DNA of 64,000 bases from an uncultured bacterium (GTDB lineage Bacteria; Verrucomicrobiota; Verrucomicrobiia; Limisphaerales; UBA8199): contig CAVVMW010000004.1 in assembly GCA_963749495.1 (NCBI GenBank), positions 416,001-480,000 on the forward strand, read 5' to 3'. Position 1 is the stretch's first letter. Each line of letters starts with the position of its first letter. Both the position numbers and the translations under genes were made by a program. Shown here in pieces: positions 21,617-32,663 of this stretch. The notes under the pieces were generated by a model. That model saw only the letters and a program-made list of their open reading frames with translations, was not told the DNA's origin and searched no databases.

Positions 21617-21679
21617 GGGCTAGGCTCTGCCGGCCCTTTGGGCCGGAGCCTACGAGTGATAGTCTTGGCTCAGGATCCT

Positions 21680-21861
21680 GTCCCGGAGGGACACCGAGAG
21701 AATAGCCCGGCGCTTCAGCGCCGGGTTGGACGTCCAGAGAAGCCTGCGTCCCGAAGGGACGCCTGAGGCTCATTCAGCCGTCCCTTCGGGACGAGCTCCC
21801 GATTAAACCGGCGTTCCCGGCGCTGAAGCGCCGGGCTATTATCGGGCAGTCCCTTCGGGAC
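21680..21861. repeat. REP/REPIN-like family A palindrome
   Basis: Near-identical inverted copy at 51649-51830. Confidence 0.85.
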
Positions 21862-22516
21862 AAAAGCAAACTCATATCTTGCCGCCCCTTCGGGGCAGGA
21901 GAGTGCCGCGCTCCGCGCGGTGAAGTGGAATCGGGGACGGCGTCGGGACGCGCCCCCATGCATCTGCGCCTGCAACCAGAAGCCGGAGGCCGGAGGCCAG
22001 AGGCCGGAGGAGTGTCGGGACGCGCCCCCCTGCGCCTGCGCCGGCAACTCCTCCTTGCCCTGCCCCATTGCCCTGCCCCGTCGCCCTGCCCCGTCGCCCT
22101 CGGAATCCGGAGAGCTGGCGGCGCAGGTGCCGGGGGCGTGCTCCTTGGCCGACCGGGAACCGGACACACGGTTGTCTCAAAGCAGGATTCCATATTTTTG
22201 GACACAAACGGCTGAATTGACCTTTTGGCCGCCGTCTCCATCCGCGGAAATGAGGACCCGGCTTATCCATCAATGTCCGTGGTGTAAGAGGCTCACCTGC
22301 TGAGGGTTACACGAATTCATGGAGGGCTCCAGTCCAGGTTTCTCACGCTGAACACCCCGCGCGAACGTGCTGGCTTGCAATGGCCTGGCTCGGCTTGGCC
22401 CGCCACGGCACAGAGATTGCTCCGCAGAAGCAGCGTCGTTCGATAATGAAGTTTGGCACTGCGAAGAGTTTGTTGCAGCCGCGGTTTAATAAACCGAGCG
22501 GGCAGTCAGAAAACGT

Positions 22517-25500
22517 ATGGACAAAAGCATGAAAAAGATCCTGTTATCCGTTCTGACAATGGGCGCGCTGGTGACGCGCCTCGAGGCTCAAGAGGTCAGC
22601 ACTGTGGTCGGCGGTGTTTTCGAGCCCACTGTGGTCAGTAATGTTTTCGAGCCCTATGGCGTGACGGCCAACCTCGTCGCCGATGCGTACTATTTCACGG
22701 ACAGTGTGAACAATCGCATTCTGAAATACGACAACGCCACAGCCACATTGTCGGTAGTTGTGGATGGCACGGCCGCCTCGGGCCAACTGTCCAACCCCTC
22801 GGGCATTGTCTTTGAGCAAGGTTCGGGCGCCGCCCGATTGATTGTGGCGGACACCGGCAATAGCCTCATCCGTGCCGTGGACCCCAACAGCGGGGTGATC
22901 ACCGCGCTGGCGGGCAGTTCGCGGGGCAACCTGGATGGCGTGGGAACCAGTGCGCAGTTCAATTTTCCCGCGGGATTGGCCCTCGACCCGGCCAGTGGGA
23001 CCGTTTATGTTGCGGACGCGTTGAATGATGTGCTGCGGAGCATCAACAGCACAAACCGCGTAACCACCGTAGAGACAGGGTTTTACAAGCCGGCCGGAGT
23101 TGCGGTTGGCGATACCAGCACGGCGGTGGTGGGAGGAGTGACGCAAACGACCCAACAGATCTGGGTGGCCGACACCCTCAACCACGTTATTTGGCAACTG
23201 ACGGTGACTCGCAGCGGCTCGTCGGCGCCGACTTGGGCCGCCCAAATCGTCGCCGGACAATATCGCGTTCCAGGCAGCGCCGATTCCAGCGACGCTTTGA
23301 GCGCGACGTTTGATTCGCCGTGCGGCCTTCTTTGGCTCGGTGGACAAACCGGCCTGTTAATCGCGGACACGCTGAACAATACGATCCGTCAGCTCTCATA
23401 TAATGCGAGACGCGGGTCCTACTCGGTTTCGACTCTCGCAGGCGCCGCCTGGCCCGCGCAACCCGCCTTGGCTGACGGACCCTTGAGCGCCTCCAGATTT
23501 GACTCGCCGGTCGGCTTAGCGCTGGACAACGAAGGAGCGATTCTGGTGGCGGATCTGAAGAACAATGCCCTGCGAAAAATCACCCGCGCGGCGTTGCCCG
23601 CCCCCACGGTGACGGCGGGGGGCACAGCCACCACCGGCGGCAGTTTCAGCAACGCGGTGACGGTTGTCTTTGTCAACGCCACTGCCGGCGCCACGTTCCA
23701 CTTTACGACCGACGGTTCGGCCCCCAATGCGCTCTCGCCGAGCGCCAACTCGATTACCCTCAGCGGCGCTCCGGGGAACGCGGTGGCGCTCCAATACAAG
23801 GCCTATTCGCCCGACTTCGGCGCCAGCAGCATCATTTCCAACTACTTTTCCTTCTTCGTTGCCGATCCCATAGTCTCGCCTGCTGCCGCAACCAGTGACA
23901 ATGCCGTGACCTTCACCCTTACTGAGGCCACGGCGGGCGCGCTGCTGTATTGGACCATCAACGGGACGGAACCGACCGCCACCAGTTCGCCGGTGACGAT
24001 GATCAATGGTTCCGGAACGCTGGTGATCACCCAAAACGGAACGCTCAACGTCAAGGCCTTCAGGGACGGGTTCGCCGCCAGCCAGACCATCAGCGTCCCG
24101 GTCAGCCTCACTTGCGGCGCGCCGGTCATCACGCCGCCGGGCTTCACAGGAAACAACAGTGTGAATGTCACGATGACCACGACGACCACCAACGCGGCCA
24201 TTTACTGGACCATTGATGGGAGCGAACCGACTGCCAGCAGCACACGTTATTCGGGGCCCTTCACGCTGAGCGCCAATGGCACCCTCCAAGCCAAAGCGTT
24301 CAGAAACGGGTTCGTCAACAGTCCGACCACGGTCCAGAGCTTCAATCTGGTGGTGGCTGACCCTCTCATTAGCCCGAACGGAGCAACCAATTTCAACCCG
24401 GTGAAGGTGAGCTTCTCGGACGCGACCACCAACGCGGTGCTTTATTGGACCATCGATGGAAGCGATCCCGATTCGAGCAGCGCATCGGTGCCCATGGCCA
24501 ATGGCAGCGGCTCGATCCTCCTGGCCCAAAACGGCGCCCTCAAGGTCAGGGCCTTCCGGAACGGGTTCGCCGTCAGCCAAGTCATCAGCGCGAGCTTCAA
24601 CTTGTCGGTCGCTCCGCTGGTGGTGACGCCGGTCGGCGCACTGGACATCGATTCGGTCACCGTCAGCCTCAGTTCGGCGACAGTCGGGGCGGCGTTGCGC
24701 TACACGCTGGACGGTTCGGCCGTCACTCCCGCCAGTCCGCTCTATGCCGGGCCGCTCAGCATCGTCACCAACACGGTTCTGACCGCCGCCGGCTCCTTGA
24801 GCGGGTTTGTCGACAGTCCAACCGTGGTGAACAATTACCAAATCCAGGTGGACACGCCGTCGATGAACCCCCAGAGCGGCTATTTCCCCAGCGGCAGCCA
24901 GGTCACCTTCAGCGTCCTTCGCCCTGATGCGGTGATCTATTGGACCACCACCGGCCAGGACCCCACCATGAGTGATACCGTCTATACCGGGCCCATTTCG
25001 ATAGATCAGGTGAACTTCCCAACCAAGGACTTGCGCATCCTCAAAGCCCGGGCTTTCGCCCCCAATACCCTGCCCAGCGCTGTGGTGGCCGGCCAGAGCT
25101 TTTCCACCAACGTGGTCGGCGTTCCTCGCGATTTTGTTGGCGGCGTCGGCGCGAGCCTCGTCATGCCGGTGGTCGTGAACCTGACGACCAATCAGATCTT
25201 GCGTTCTCTGCAGTTCCGCCTCGAAATCGCGCCCCTGTCCGCCTCGGCTCCTCCGCTGCCCAGCCACATGACCCCTCTGAATATTTCCACCAACGATTTT
25301 GTGCCGCTGGTGGGCAATTCCGGCGTGTTCCAGTATTCGACTTACCAAATCGGCCCCACCAGCGGTGTGGTTTACGCCGCGCTCGATAGCGAAACTACGC
25401 CCATCCAGAACTTCGGAGTAGTCCTTAATATGCTGGTGCCGGTGCCGGCCAACGCGCACCCAGGCGATACCTACAACGTCTCGGTCTCCCAGGTTTCCGG

Positions 25501-26764
25501 AACCTCCGACGGCGCCCAGAATGTCGTGCCGCTTTCCCCTTTGCCCAACCGCACCCTCACCATCAGCAACCTGGCCTACCTGGTCGGCGACTCTGCGTTG
25601 GGCCGGTGGTATAATGCCGGTGACTTCGGCGATGGCAACCTGGACAACGCCAACGTCAACAACGCCTTTCTGGCCTCGGAGGGCATCCATGTTCCACCCG
25701 CGGGGACCAACGTCTATAACGCGATGGATGCTTATCCGCCGGATGGCCCCGGCTTCGTGGGCGGAGATGGGCAAATCCGTTTCCTGGATTGGAACACGAT
25801 TCTCAAGCGGTCCTTGCGCCTGGATAGCCAGAACTGGATGCGCGCGCACACCACCGGCGGCATGTTGACCAATTGGTCCACTTCGCTCGACCCCAGCGGC
25901 CTCGCCCGGCCCAAGACCGAGACGGCCTTGCCACCGGGCCAGGTTTGGCTGCGCCAGGCTCAAATCCGAGGAGTACCCGTGGCCAACGCGGTCCCCGGGG
26001 CCCTCTGCCAGGTCCCCGTCTGGGTGAACGTCCTGCCCGGCTACAGTCTGGCCGGTCTCCAATTCCGCGCCTCGCTGGTGCCGGAGAACGGCGCGCCGCC
26101 GGTCACACAGCCTTTGAGCTTCCTGCCCGCATTGGCCGCTTCACCAAAGCTGGTCACTTACCTGAATGACGTGCTCTGCGCCTGGCCGATTCCCTCCGGA
26201 ATCACTCCTTTGCTCGCAGGCAGCAATTTCCTCGGTTACGTTCAGTGCCCCATTCCGCCCAATGCGCTCCAGGGCCAGTCCTATGCCCTCCAGTTCTCCT
26301 ATTGCGACGGCGCACCCGACATGCTCACACAATACGATTTGGAGAGCTTCCAAGCGCTCGTCTGGGTGGCCTCGACGCCCCGGACGCAGCCCTCCTTGAC
26401 TTCGGACGAGTGGAAGATCCATTTCTTCGGCAGCACCGACGCCGTGCAAGCCGCCGATGCCGCGGATCCCGACGGTGACGGTGTGCCGAATTGGCAGGAA
26501 TACCTGGCCGGCACCGACCCGACTAACCGCCAGTCGGTCCTGCAACTAACCACTTCTGTGGCCAGCAATTCTAAGGGCATCAATGGAGTTAACCTGGGAT
26601 GGCTCTCGGCTCCCGGCAAGTCTTACGTCGTAGAAGCCTGCCCAACACTGAATGGAACCTGGTCGCCCGTAACCACCCTCTCCGGCGACGGCAACCCGCA
26701 GCTCATTACGGTGACCAACAAGGCCGGACAGCATCAATTCTATCGCCTCCGCCTGCAATATTGA
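22517..26764 (+). CDS. Large secreted/surface protein: NHL beta-propeller, ~5 chitobiase/FN3-associated (YTxDGSxP) domains, cohesin-like Ig domains, DPDGDG repeat, C-terminal FYRL domain
   Basis: Signal peptide; NHL text (FNFPAGLALD, VADTGN); repeated YWTIDGSEP...KAFRNGF; DPDGDGVPNWQEYLAGTDP; ends QFYRLRLQY. Confidence 0.88.
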   Translation: MDKSMKKILLSVLTMGALVTRLEAQEVSTVVGGVFEPTVVSNVFEPYGVTANLVADAYYFTDSVNNRILKYDNATATLSVVVDGTAASGQLSNPSGIVFEQGSGAARLIVADTGNSLIRAVDPNSGVITALAGSSRGNLDGVGTSAQFNFPAGLALDPASGTVYVADALNDVLRSINSTNRVTTVETGFYKPAGVAVGDTSTAVVGGVTQTTQQIWVADTLNHVIWQLTVTRSGSSAPTWAAQIVAGQYRVPGSADSSDALSATFDSPCGLLWLGGQTGLLIADTLNNTIRQLSYNARRGSYSVSTLAGAAWPAQPALADGPLSASRFDSPVGLALDNEGAILVADLKNNALRKITRAALPAPTVTAGGTATTGGSFSNAVTVVFVNATAGATFHFTTDGSAPNALSPSANSITLSGAPGNAVALQYKAYSPDFGASSIISNYFSFFVADPIVSPAAATSDNAVTFTLTEATAGALLYWTINGTEPTATSSPVTMINGSGTLVITQNGTLNVKAFRDGFAASQTISVPVSLTCGAPVITPPGFTGNNSVNVTMTTTTTNAAIYWTIDGSEPTASSTRYSGPFTLSANGTLQAKAFRNGFVNSPTTVQSFNLVVADPLISPNGATNFNPVKVSFSDATTNAVLYWTIDGSDPDSSSASVPMANGSGSILLAQNGALKVRAFRNGFAVSQVISASFNLSVAPLVVTPVGALDIDSVTVSLSSATVGAALRYTLDGSAVTPASPLYAGPLSIVTNTVLTAAGSLSGFVDSPTVVNNYQIQVDTPSMNPQSGYFPSGSQVTFSVLRPDAVIYWTTTGQDPTMSDTVYTGPISIDQVNFPTKDLRILKARAFAPNTLPSAVVAGQSFSTNVVGVPRDFVGGVGASLVMPVVVNLTTNQILRSLQFRLEIAPLSASAPPLPSHMTPLNISTNDFVPLVGNSGVFQYSTYQIGPTSGVVYAALDSETTPIQNFGVVLNMLVPVPANAHPGDTYNVSVSQVSGTSDGAQNVVPLSPLPNRTLTISNLAYLVGDSALGRWYNAGDFGDGNLDNANVNNAFLASEGIHVPPAGTNVYNAMDAYPPDGPGFVGGDGQIRFLDWNTILKRSLRLDSQNWMRAHTTGGMLTNWSTSLDPSGLARPKTETALPPGQVWLRQAQIRGVPVANAVPGALCQVPVWVNVLPGYSLAGLQFRASLVPENGAPPVTQPLSFLPALAASPKLVTYLNDVLCAWPIPSGITPLLAGSNFLGYVQCPIPPNALQGQSYALQFSYCDGAPDMLTQYDLESFQALVWVASTPRTQPSLTSDEWKIHFFGSTDAVQAADAADPDGDGVPNWQEYLAGTDPTNRQSVLQLTTSVASNSKGINGVNLGWLSAPGKSYVVEACPTLNGTWSPVTTLSGDGNPQLITVTNKAGQHQFYRLRLQY

Positions 26765-26855
26765 CGCGGCGAGACTGTCTCAGCGCCGCACTGGGACATG
26801 CCACCTCAATAACTCCCATCAGCGCTCACCCTCAGGGTGAGCGCGCCGATGCACC

Positions 26856-27126
26856 AGGGCCGAAGGCCCGCAATGTGAGGGCCTGGCCTGGAGCGAGCCC
26901 GACGAGCGGAGGCCCAGGTCAACCACCGTCGCGAACGGCCCCAGTCCTGTAAGGGCGTCACCTCTCATGTCCCAATCTCTGGCCAGCAGCGTTGTTCACA
27001 TCGTCTCCGGCTCCAAAAGCCATCTTCCGCCCCTACAGGGCGGAGGAAAGCTCTCCTTCGGCCCTTACCTGGGGCTGCGCGTTGCGCGCTTCACCCCAGG
27101 CTTTCACATTGCGGGCCTTCGGCCCT
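26856..27126. mobile_element. Non-autonomous REP-bracketed element containing a RAYT 5' remnant
   Basis: Inverted arms AGGGCCGAAGGCCCGCAATGTGA / TCACATTGCGGGCCTTCGGCCCT. An ATG at 26967 reads MSQSLASSVVHIVSGSK, resembling MPQSLAKIYTHLIFSTK. Confidence 0.65.
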
Positions 27127-27377
27127 CTCGTATTCCTAGGCTATGACGCTGAGACCGGCAGTTGAGACCTCCAATCCCGCATAAACGACTCGTGGTACCG
27201 AGTTTCCAACTGCTCCGCGGTTCACCTTCTCGGTGAAAACTGCTTCTTAAATCATCTCTTACAAGACAATGCCTATCCCAATTTCCAGGTCTGCCAACTG
27301 CCGGTTTTAGGTTCAAGGCCGCGCAGGTGTCCGTGATTACTCGGCGTGTCCTGAACTGATTCCTTGGGAGTTCGACG

Positions 27378-30300
27378 TTAAGGCCAGCGCAGGCGGTAGA
27401 AACGGGCTGGGTAATTCGTCCACTGGGGATCGCTGAAATAAAGCGGGCTGCCGCTCAGGGTGTTGGTTTGCAGCGGAGACCAGGCGGCCCCGGCGAGGTT
27501 GGTGCTGGCTTCCACTACGACGACGAGGTTGCTGGTCCCAGTGATGTTGAACCCGAATTGGTTGGTCCGCAGGCCAAAGCTGGCACCGCGGGTCTGCACC
27601 TGCGGATTCCACAGCACCGTGGGATGACTGCCAAACGTCGGACCCCAGCCCGCGGTTCCTGGCAAGTAATAGATCCATCCCCCCCCGAACGCATCCCCTC
27701 CGAGGCTGGGGGCGTTACCCTCGAAATACATTGCGATGATGTTGATGCACCCCAGGAACGCACTGCCGCCGATGCTGGTCACGCCGTTGCCAATCGTGAC
27801 GTTGGCCAGGTTGGTGCAGGATTCGAACGCCCCGGCTCCGATGTTTGTGACGCTATTGGGAATCGTCACGCTGGTCAGGCTGCCGCAGCCCTGGAAGGCG
27901 CTGTCCCCGATGGCGCTGACGCCGTTGGGAATCGTGACGCTGGTCAGGCTGCCGCAGCCATCGAACGCACCGGCCTCGATGCTGGTGACGCTGTTGGGGA
28001 TCGTGTAGCCTCCCGCTTTGCGCTCCGGACACTCGATGAGCGTGGTCTGGTTCTTGTCGAACAAGACCCCATCTGCGCTGCTATAGCTGGGATTGAGGGC
28101 ATCCACGGTGATCGCCGCCAGGCTGGAGCAACCGGAAAACGGTTCGACCCCGATGCTGGTGACGCTCTCGGGGATCGTGACGGCGGCCAGACTGGCGCAG
28201 CCCTGGAACGCTTCGTTCCCGATGGCGGCGACGCCGTTGGCGATGGTGACGCTGGCGAGGCTGCCGCACCCCAGGAACGCATTGGTCCCAATGCGGGTAA
28301 CGCTGGCGGGGATCGTGACGCTGGCAAGGCTGCCGCAGCAGCCGAACGCCTGGTCTCCGATGCTGGTGACGCTGTTGGGAATGGTGACGTGGGTCAACCC
28401 GAGGCACCACCAAAACGCCGCGTCCGCGATGCTGGTGACGCTGTTGGGAATCGTGAGGCTCCTCAGGCTGGTGCAGCCAGAGAACGCATTGCCGATGTTG
28501 GTGAGGCTGTTGGGGATCGTGACACTGCGAAGGCTGGTGCATTGCTGGAAGGCCGCGTTTCCGAGGCGGGTGACGCTGTCGGGGATGGTGACGTTGGTGA
28601 GGCTCTCGCAGTCACAGAACGCCGCCAGCCCGATGCTGGTGACGCTGTCAGGTATCGTGACGCTGGTCAGGCTGCACCCCATGAACGCCTCGTCCCCGAT
28701 GTTGGTGACGCTGTTCGGGATCGTGACGCTCGCCACGTTGTGGCAGCCATAGAAGGCATTGGTCCCGATGCGGGTCACCGGCAGGCCAGTGACGGCGCCG
28801 GGGATGGTCACATCCCCGCCGGGACCGGTGTATCCGGTGATGGTGATCGCGCCGTCCTTGGTGCTGTAAGTGCAGCCTTGCACTGGGGGGCTCCATAGCA
28901 CGGCCGGACGACCGCCAAATGTGGAGCCCCAGCCAGTGGTCCCAGCCATGTAATAGACCGTCACATTGCCGCCACTGAACACATACGAACCACCAAGTTG
29001 GGGGGCATTACCCTGGAAATAGGCCGCCCTGAGGCCCTCGTCCTCAAAGGCGCTGTCGCCGATATAGGTGACGCTGTTGGGAATCGTGACGCTGGTCAGG
29101 CTGCAACCCATGAACGCGTCGTCCCCGATGTTGGTGACGCTGTTGCCGATTGTGGCGTTGGTCAGGCCGGAGCAGTCGTAGAACGCCCAGCCTCCGATGC
29201 TGGTGACGTTGTTGGGGATGGCAACGCTAGTCAGGCGCATGCAATCGGCGAAGGCACTCTCTCCGATGCTGGTGACGGCGCTGGGGATCGTAACGCCGGT
29301 CAGGCCGTAGCACTCCTCGAACGCACTCTCTCCGATGTTGGTGACGCTGGTAGGTATGGTGACGCTGGCCAGGCTGGAGCACTGAGAGAACGCCGCCGAC
29401 CCGATGCTGGTCACGCTGTTGGGTATTGTGTAGGAGGTTCCGGGTTTGCTCTGCGGATACAGAACGAGCGTGGTCCGGCCCTTGTCGAACAGGACCCCAT
29501 CCGCACTGCTATAACTGGAATTGAGGGCCTCCACGGTGATCGCTGTCAGGCCGGGGCAGTTTTTGAACGCACGCTCCCCGATGTTGGTGACGCTGCTGGG
29601 GATTGTGGCGCTGGTCAGGCTGGCACCGCCAGGAAACGCATAGTCCGCGATACCGGTGACCGGAAGACCGTTGATCACGTCAGGAATGGTCACCGCATCG
29701 CTGCGACCGATATATCCCGTGATGGTGATCGTGCCATTATTGGTCGTGTAGTTGAATGGAACCCATAACGGGGTCGGAAGACCGTCGAACGTCCCGCCCC
29801 AGCCTGTGGTCCCCGGCAGGAAATGGACGGTCGCGTTGGTGTCGCCGCTGAACACAGTCAAATCCGTGCTGGGGCTGGGGGCGTTACCCAGGAAATAGAC
29901 GTTGGTCAGGCTGGGACAGTCATAGAACGCGTAGTCTCCGATGCTGGTCACGCCGTTGCCGATGGTAACGCTGGCCAGGCTGTGACAGGACGAGAACGCA
30001 TCGGCACCGATGCTGGTGACGCCCTTGGCGATAGTGACGCCGGTTAGGCTGGAGCAATAACTGAACGCATCGGTTTCGATTGTGGTGGCGCCGTTGGGAA
30101 TCGTGTAATTTCCGGCTTTGCCCCCGGGATATTCGATGAGCACCGTCTGGCTCTTATCGAACAGGACCCCATCCACACTGCTATAGGCGGGATTGAGCGC
30201 ATCCACGGTGATCGCTGTCAGGCTGCTGCAGCCCAGGAAGGCCCCGTCCCCGATGCTGGTCACGCCGCTGCCTATGCTCACGCTGGTCAGGCTCCGGCAA

Positions 30301-31214
30301 CCGCCGAAGGCCAAGTCCGCGATGCTGGTGACGCCCTTGGGGATCGTGTAACTGCCGCCCAGGCCGCAGGGATATTCCACGAGCGTCGTTTGGCTCTTGC
30401 TAAACAACACCCCGTTCACGCCGGCATAAAAGGCATTTTGCCCATCCACCGCGATCGCTGTGAGGCCCAAGCAGCCAGAGAAGGCGCCGCCCGCGACGTT
30501 GGTGACGCTCGTTGGGATGGTGACGTCCGCAAGACGGGTAGAGAGATTGCTCCCAATGCTGGTGACCGGCAGGCCATTGATGGTGTTAGGGATCGCCCAT
30601 GACGTGTCTGAACCGGCGTATCCCGTGATGGTAATAGCGCCGTTTGTGGCCGTGTACGTCGCATCCGACGGCGGGTCCCACAGAAACGCCGGAAGACCAA
30701 AAAGACCATAAAACTCCGTGCTCCAGCCGGTGGTCCCAGTCTGGTAATAGACGGTCGCGGGGTCCGTGATATACCCAGCGAGACCATAAAACGAGAAGGG
30801 ACCACCGTGAAAGTCAGGGGTGTAGCTGGGGGCGTTACCGAGGAAATAAACGCTAGTCAGGCCGAGGCAATCAGCAAACACCTGCTGTCCGAGGCTAGTG
30901 ACGCTGCCGGGAATCGTGACGCTCGCCAGGCTGGTGCGCCATCCGAACCCCAGGGGGCTGAACGCCATGTAGCCGAGGCTGGTGACCGGCAGGCCAGCGA
31001 TCGTGTCCGGGATGGTCACGGCACCACCGGGACCGGTGTATCCCGTGATGGTTACCGCCCCGTTATTGACCGTGTAAGTGAATTGAGCTTGCGCCGTGGC
31101 GGGGAGGGCCAGCAGCAAGAGCAGCGGCAATAGTCTCGTGGCGCAGGCCGTTCTTAAACGCCCGGCCGTCCTCTTTGGGCAAGCGATTCTCGCGGTGAGG
31201 GTTTGTGTTTTCAT
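27378..31214 (-). CDS. BspA-type leucine-rich repeat (LRR_5) surface protein with C-terminal FYRL domain
   Basis: Dozens of SVTIPNSVTSIGxxAFxxCxxL repeats, ITITGYTG caps, YFxGNAP, signal-like hydrophobic stretch, ends RFYRLRWP. Confidence 0.93.
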   Translation of the reverse strand: MKTQTLTARIACPKRTAGRLRTACATRLLPLLLLLALPATAQAQFTYTVNNGAVTITGYTGPGGAVTIPDTIAGLPVTSLGYMAFSPLGFGWRTSLASVTIPGSVTSLGQQVFADCLGLTSVYFLGNAPSYTPDFHGGPFSFYGLAGYITDPATVYYQTGTTGWSTEFYGLFGLPAFLWDPPSDATYTATNGAITITGYAGSDTSWAIPNTINGLPVTSIGSNLSTRLADVTIPTSVTNVAGGAFSGCLGLTAIAVDGQNAFYAGVNGVLFSKSQTTLVEYPCGLGGSYTIPKGVTSIADLAFGGCRSLTSVSIGSGVTSIGDGAFLGCSSLTAITVDALNPAYSSVDGVLFDKSQTVLIEYPGGKAGNYTIPNGATTIETDAFSYCSSLTGVTIAKGVTSIGADAFSSCHSLASVTIGNGVTSIGDYAFYDCPSLTNVYFLGNAPSPSTDLTVFSGDTNATVHFLPGTTGWGGTFDGLPTPLWVPFNYTTNNGTITITGYIGRSDAVTIPDVINGLPVTGIADYAFPGGASLTSATIPSSVTNIGERAFKNCPGLTAITVEALNSSYSSADGVLFDKGRTTLVLYPQSKPGTSYTIPNSVTSIGSAAFSQCSSLASVTIPTSVTNIGESAFEECYGLTGVTIPSAVTSIGESAFADCMRLTSVAIPNNVTSIGGWAFYDCSGLTNATIGNSVTNIGDDAFMGCSLTSVTIPNSVTYIGDSAFEDEGLRAAYFQGNAPQLGGSYVFSGGNVTVYYMAGTTGWGSTFGGRPAVLWSPPVQGCTYSTKDGAITITGYTGPGGDVTIPGAVTGLPVTRIGTNAFYGCHNVASVTIPNSVTNIGDEAFMGCSLTSVTIPDSVTSIGLAAFCDCESLTNVTIPDSVTRLGNAAFQQCTSLRSVTIPNSLTNIGNAFSGCTSLRSLTIPNSVTSIADAAFWWCLGLTHVTIPNSVTSIGDQAFGCCGSLASVTIPASVTRIGTNAFLGCGSLASVTIANGVAAIGNEAFQGCASLAAVTIPESVTSIGVEPFSGCSSLAAITVDALNPSYSSADGVLFDKNQTTLIECPERKAGGYTIPNSVTSIEAGAFDGCGSLTSVTIPNGVSAIGDSAFQGCGSLTSVTIPNSVTNIGAGAFESCTNLANVTIGNGVTSIGGSAFLGCINIIAMYFEGNAPSLGGDAFGGGWIYYLPGTAGWGPTFGSHPTVLWNPQVQTRGASFGLRTNQFGFNITGTSNLVVVVEASTNLAGAAWSPLQTNTLSGSPLYFSDPQWTNYPARFYRLRWP

Positions 31215-32020
31215 AGTCTTCGTCCTGCTGGAGTTGATAGCCGATGGAACTTGCTCTGCAACTGTTCAGGGGGGGACGCGTGGGGCAGAGCTCCCCCGAT
31301 GCACCGGGGGTTGCCGGGGCCTCTGGCCCCGAGTCTCGCAACTGCAAGGGCACGGAGCCGGAGGCTCCGTCAACCGGCAGACCGGAGGTCTGCCCCACAC
31401 GTGAACAGTTAAAATGCCGAACGTTGGTATAAACTCCCCGCTGGTGTGCAATCGATGCATGCCCGCCTGAAGCAGATCCCGCAATTTCCACTGCCAATCT
31501 CATAATCAACTGGCCACGCAACAAAACCGTCACGAAACCAGCAAACCCTGACGGCCGCTGGCTGATGTCCACTCCATGAACACACAAGTTGACCACAACG
31601 CAAAGAAGGCGTCGAGGAGAATCTTTTCGCATGTGCTCACACATCTTGCTCCATGAAGGGCAAGAAAGAACCGGACCTCCTCAAACTTCATGCCAATCGA
31701 GAGAAAATAGAGGACCACGGAACACACGGAATACACGCCAGCGGGGCCTTTTTCCGTGTGTTCCGTGTGTTCCGTGGTTGTCAAAAAAGCTCTCAGGCGA
31801 GGATTTGGGGGGCTGCTCCGCTCTTGCTGTTGCCGCTCATGGCTGGGTTGGGGGCAGGACAGACCGGAACCCCACACGGCCGTCCCTGACATTCGGCATT
31901 TCTTGCCGGTCCTGGCGGTGCTCCGGGGCTGGACAACCTCCTCAGGGTGAGGCAAGCTTGTCGCCAGTCGAAAGATTGGCCGGCAGTGTGAAACAGAAGA
32001 ACATAACCAGTGAGTGCTGA

Positions 32021-32347
32021 ATGAAGAAGAAGCTGATTCCTGACGAGGTGAAGGAGGAGGCGTTGCGCGCCATCGACCGGTTCAACCAGACCACGCTGGC
32101 ACGAACAGGGTACGCATTTGTTGCCCGATTCCAGGGAAAATTCCTCTACTTGGACCGCGACGAGTTTGGCCAGGTTCATCCGATTTGCCGATTGCAGTAC
32201 CGGGGTGGAATCAGGCGCTGGGATTTCGCCATCTACAAGTACAGCTCAGAGCGGTACAGTCCCGAGGAGATGTGGTTTCCCGGATCCGAGCTGGTCGATG
32301 GAACGATAAAGGGTGCGATGAAGGCGGGCATGCGGGCATACGCGTGA
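32021..32347 (+). CDS. Hypothetical protein (108 aa)
   Basis: Clean ATG ORF with conserved-looking text (FLYLDR, ICRLQY, WDFAIYKYSSERY). Confidence 0.75.
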   Translation: MKKKLIPDEVKEEALRAIDRFNQTTLARTGYAFVARFQGKFLYLDRDEFGQVHPICRLQYRGGIRRWDFAIYKYSSERYSPEEMWFPGSELVDGTIKGAMKAGMRAYA

Positions 32348-32424
32348 AGCGGCTGTGTCAAGGCCCGTGGTCCGACACCCCTCCTGCCTCGATTCGGAAG
32401 TCTTCCGCCAGAATCGCCCATCGC

Positions 32425-32634
32425 TCATGATCCCTCCAGCGACCGCAGATCCTCAAGTAGCGGCGTGAAAAACCCTCCCGAACAAAACCACAAGTTCAGA
32501 TATGTGTCAAAGCCTTTTGAGGTGCTCGGTGGTGAGACCCAGGGGTGATGCAGGGAACAACTGCGGCGGACGGCGGAGAGGAATGCAGAACGGTCATCCT
32601 GAACCGGAGGTCTGATGACGACACGTGCCTTCAT
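32425..32634 (-). pseudogene. Truncated RimJ/RimL-like GNAT acetyltransferase N-terminus
   Basis: RVVIRPP..DD..AFL.AVRRS..LH.PWVSPP resembles a RimJ-type N-terminus; similarity is lost after ~45 aa. Confidence 0.5.
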
Positions 32635-32663
32635 AGTCCGGCCGAACCAAATCGCCCCCAGTG

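Noticed and set aside
23516..26062. Long antisense or alternate-frame ORFs (e.g. 23516..26062, 9416..11908, 108..1469, 27468..28898, 60457..62016)
   Set aside because: They are shadow ORFs of well-supported genes in high-GC DNA, Arg/Gly/Ala-rich and without motifs.
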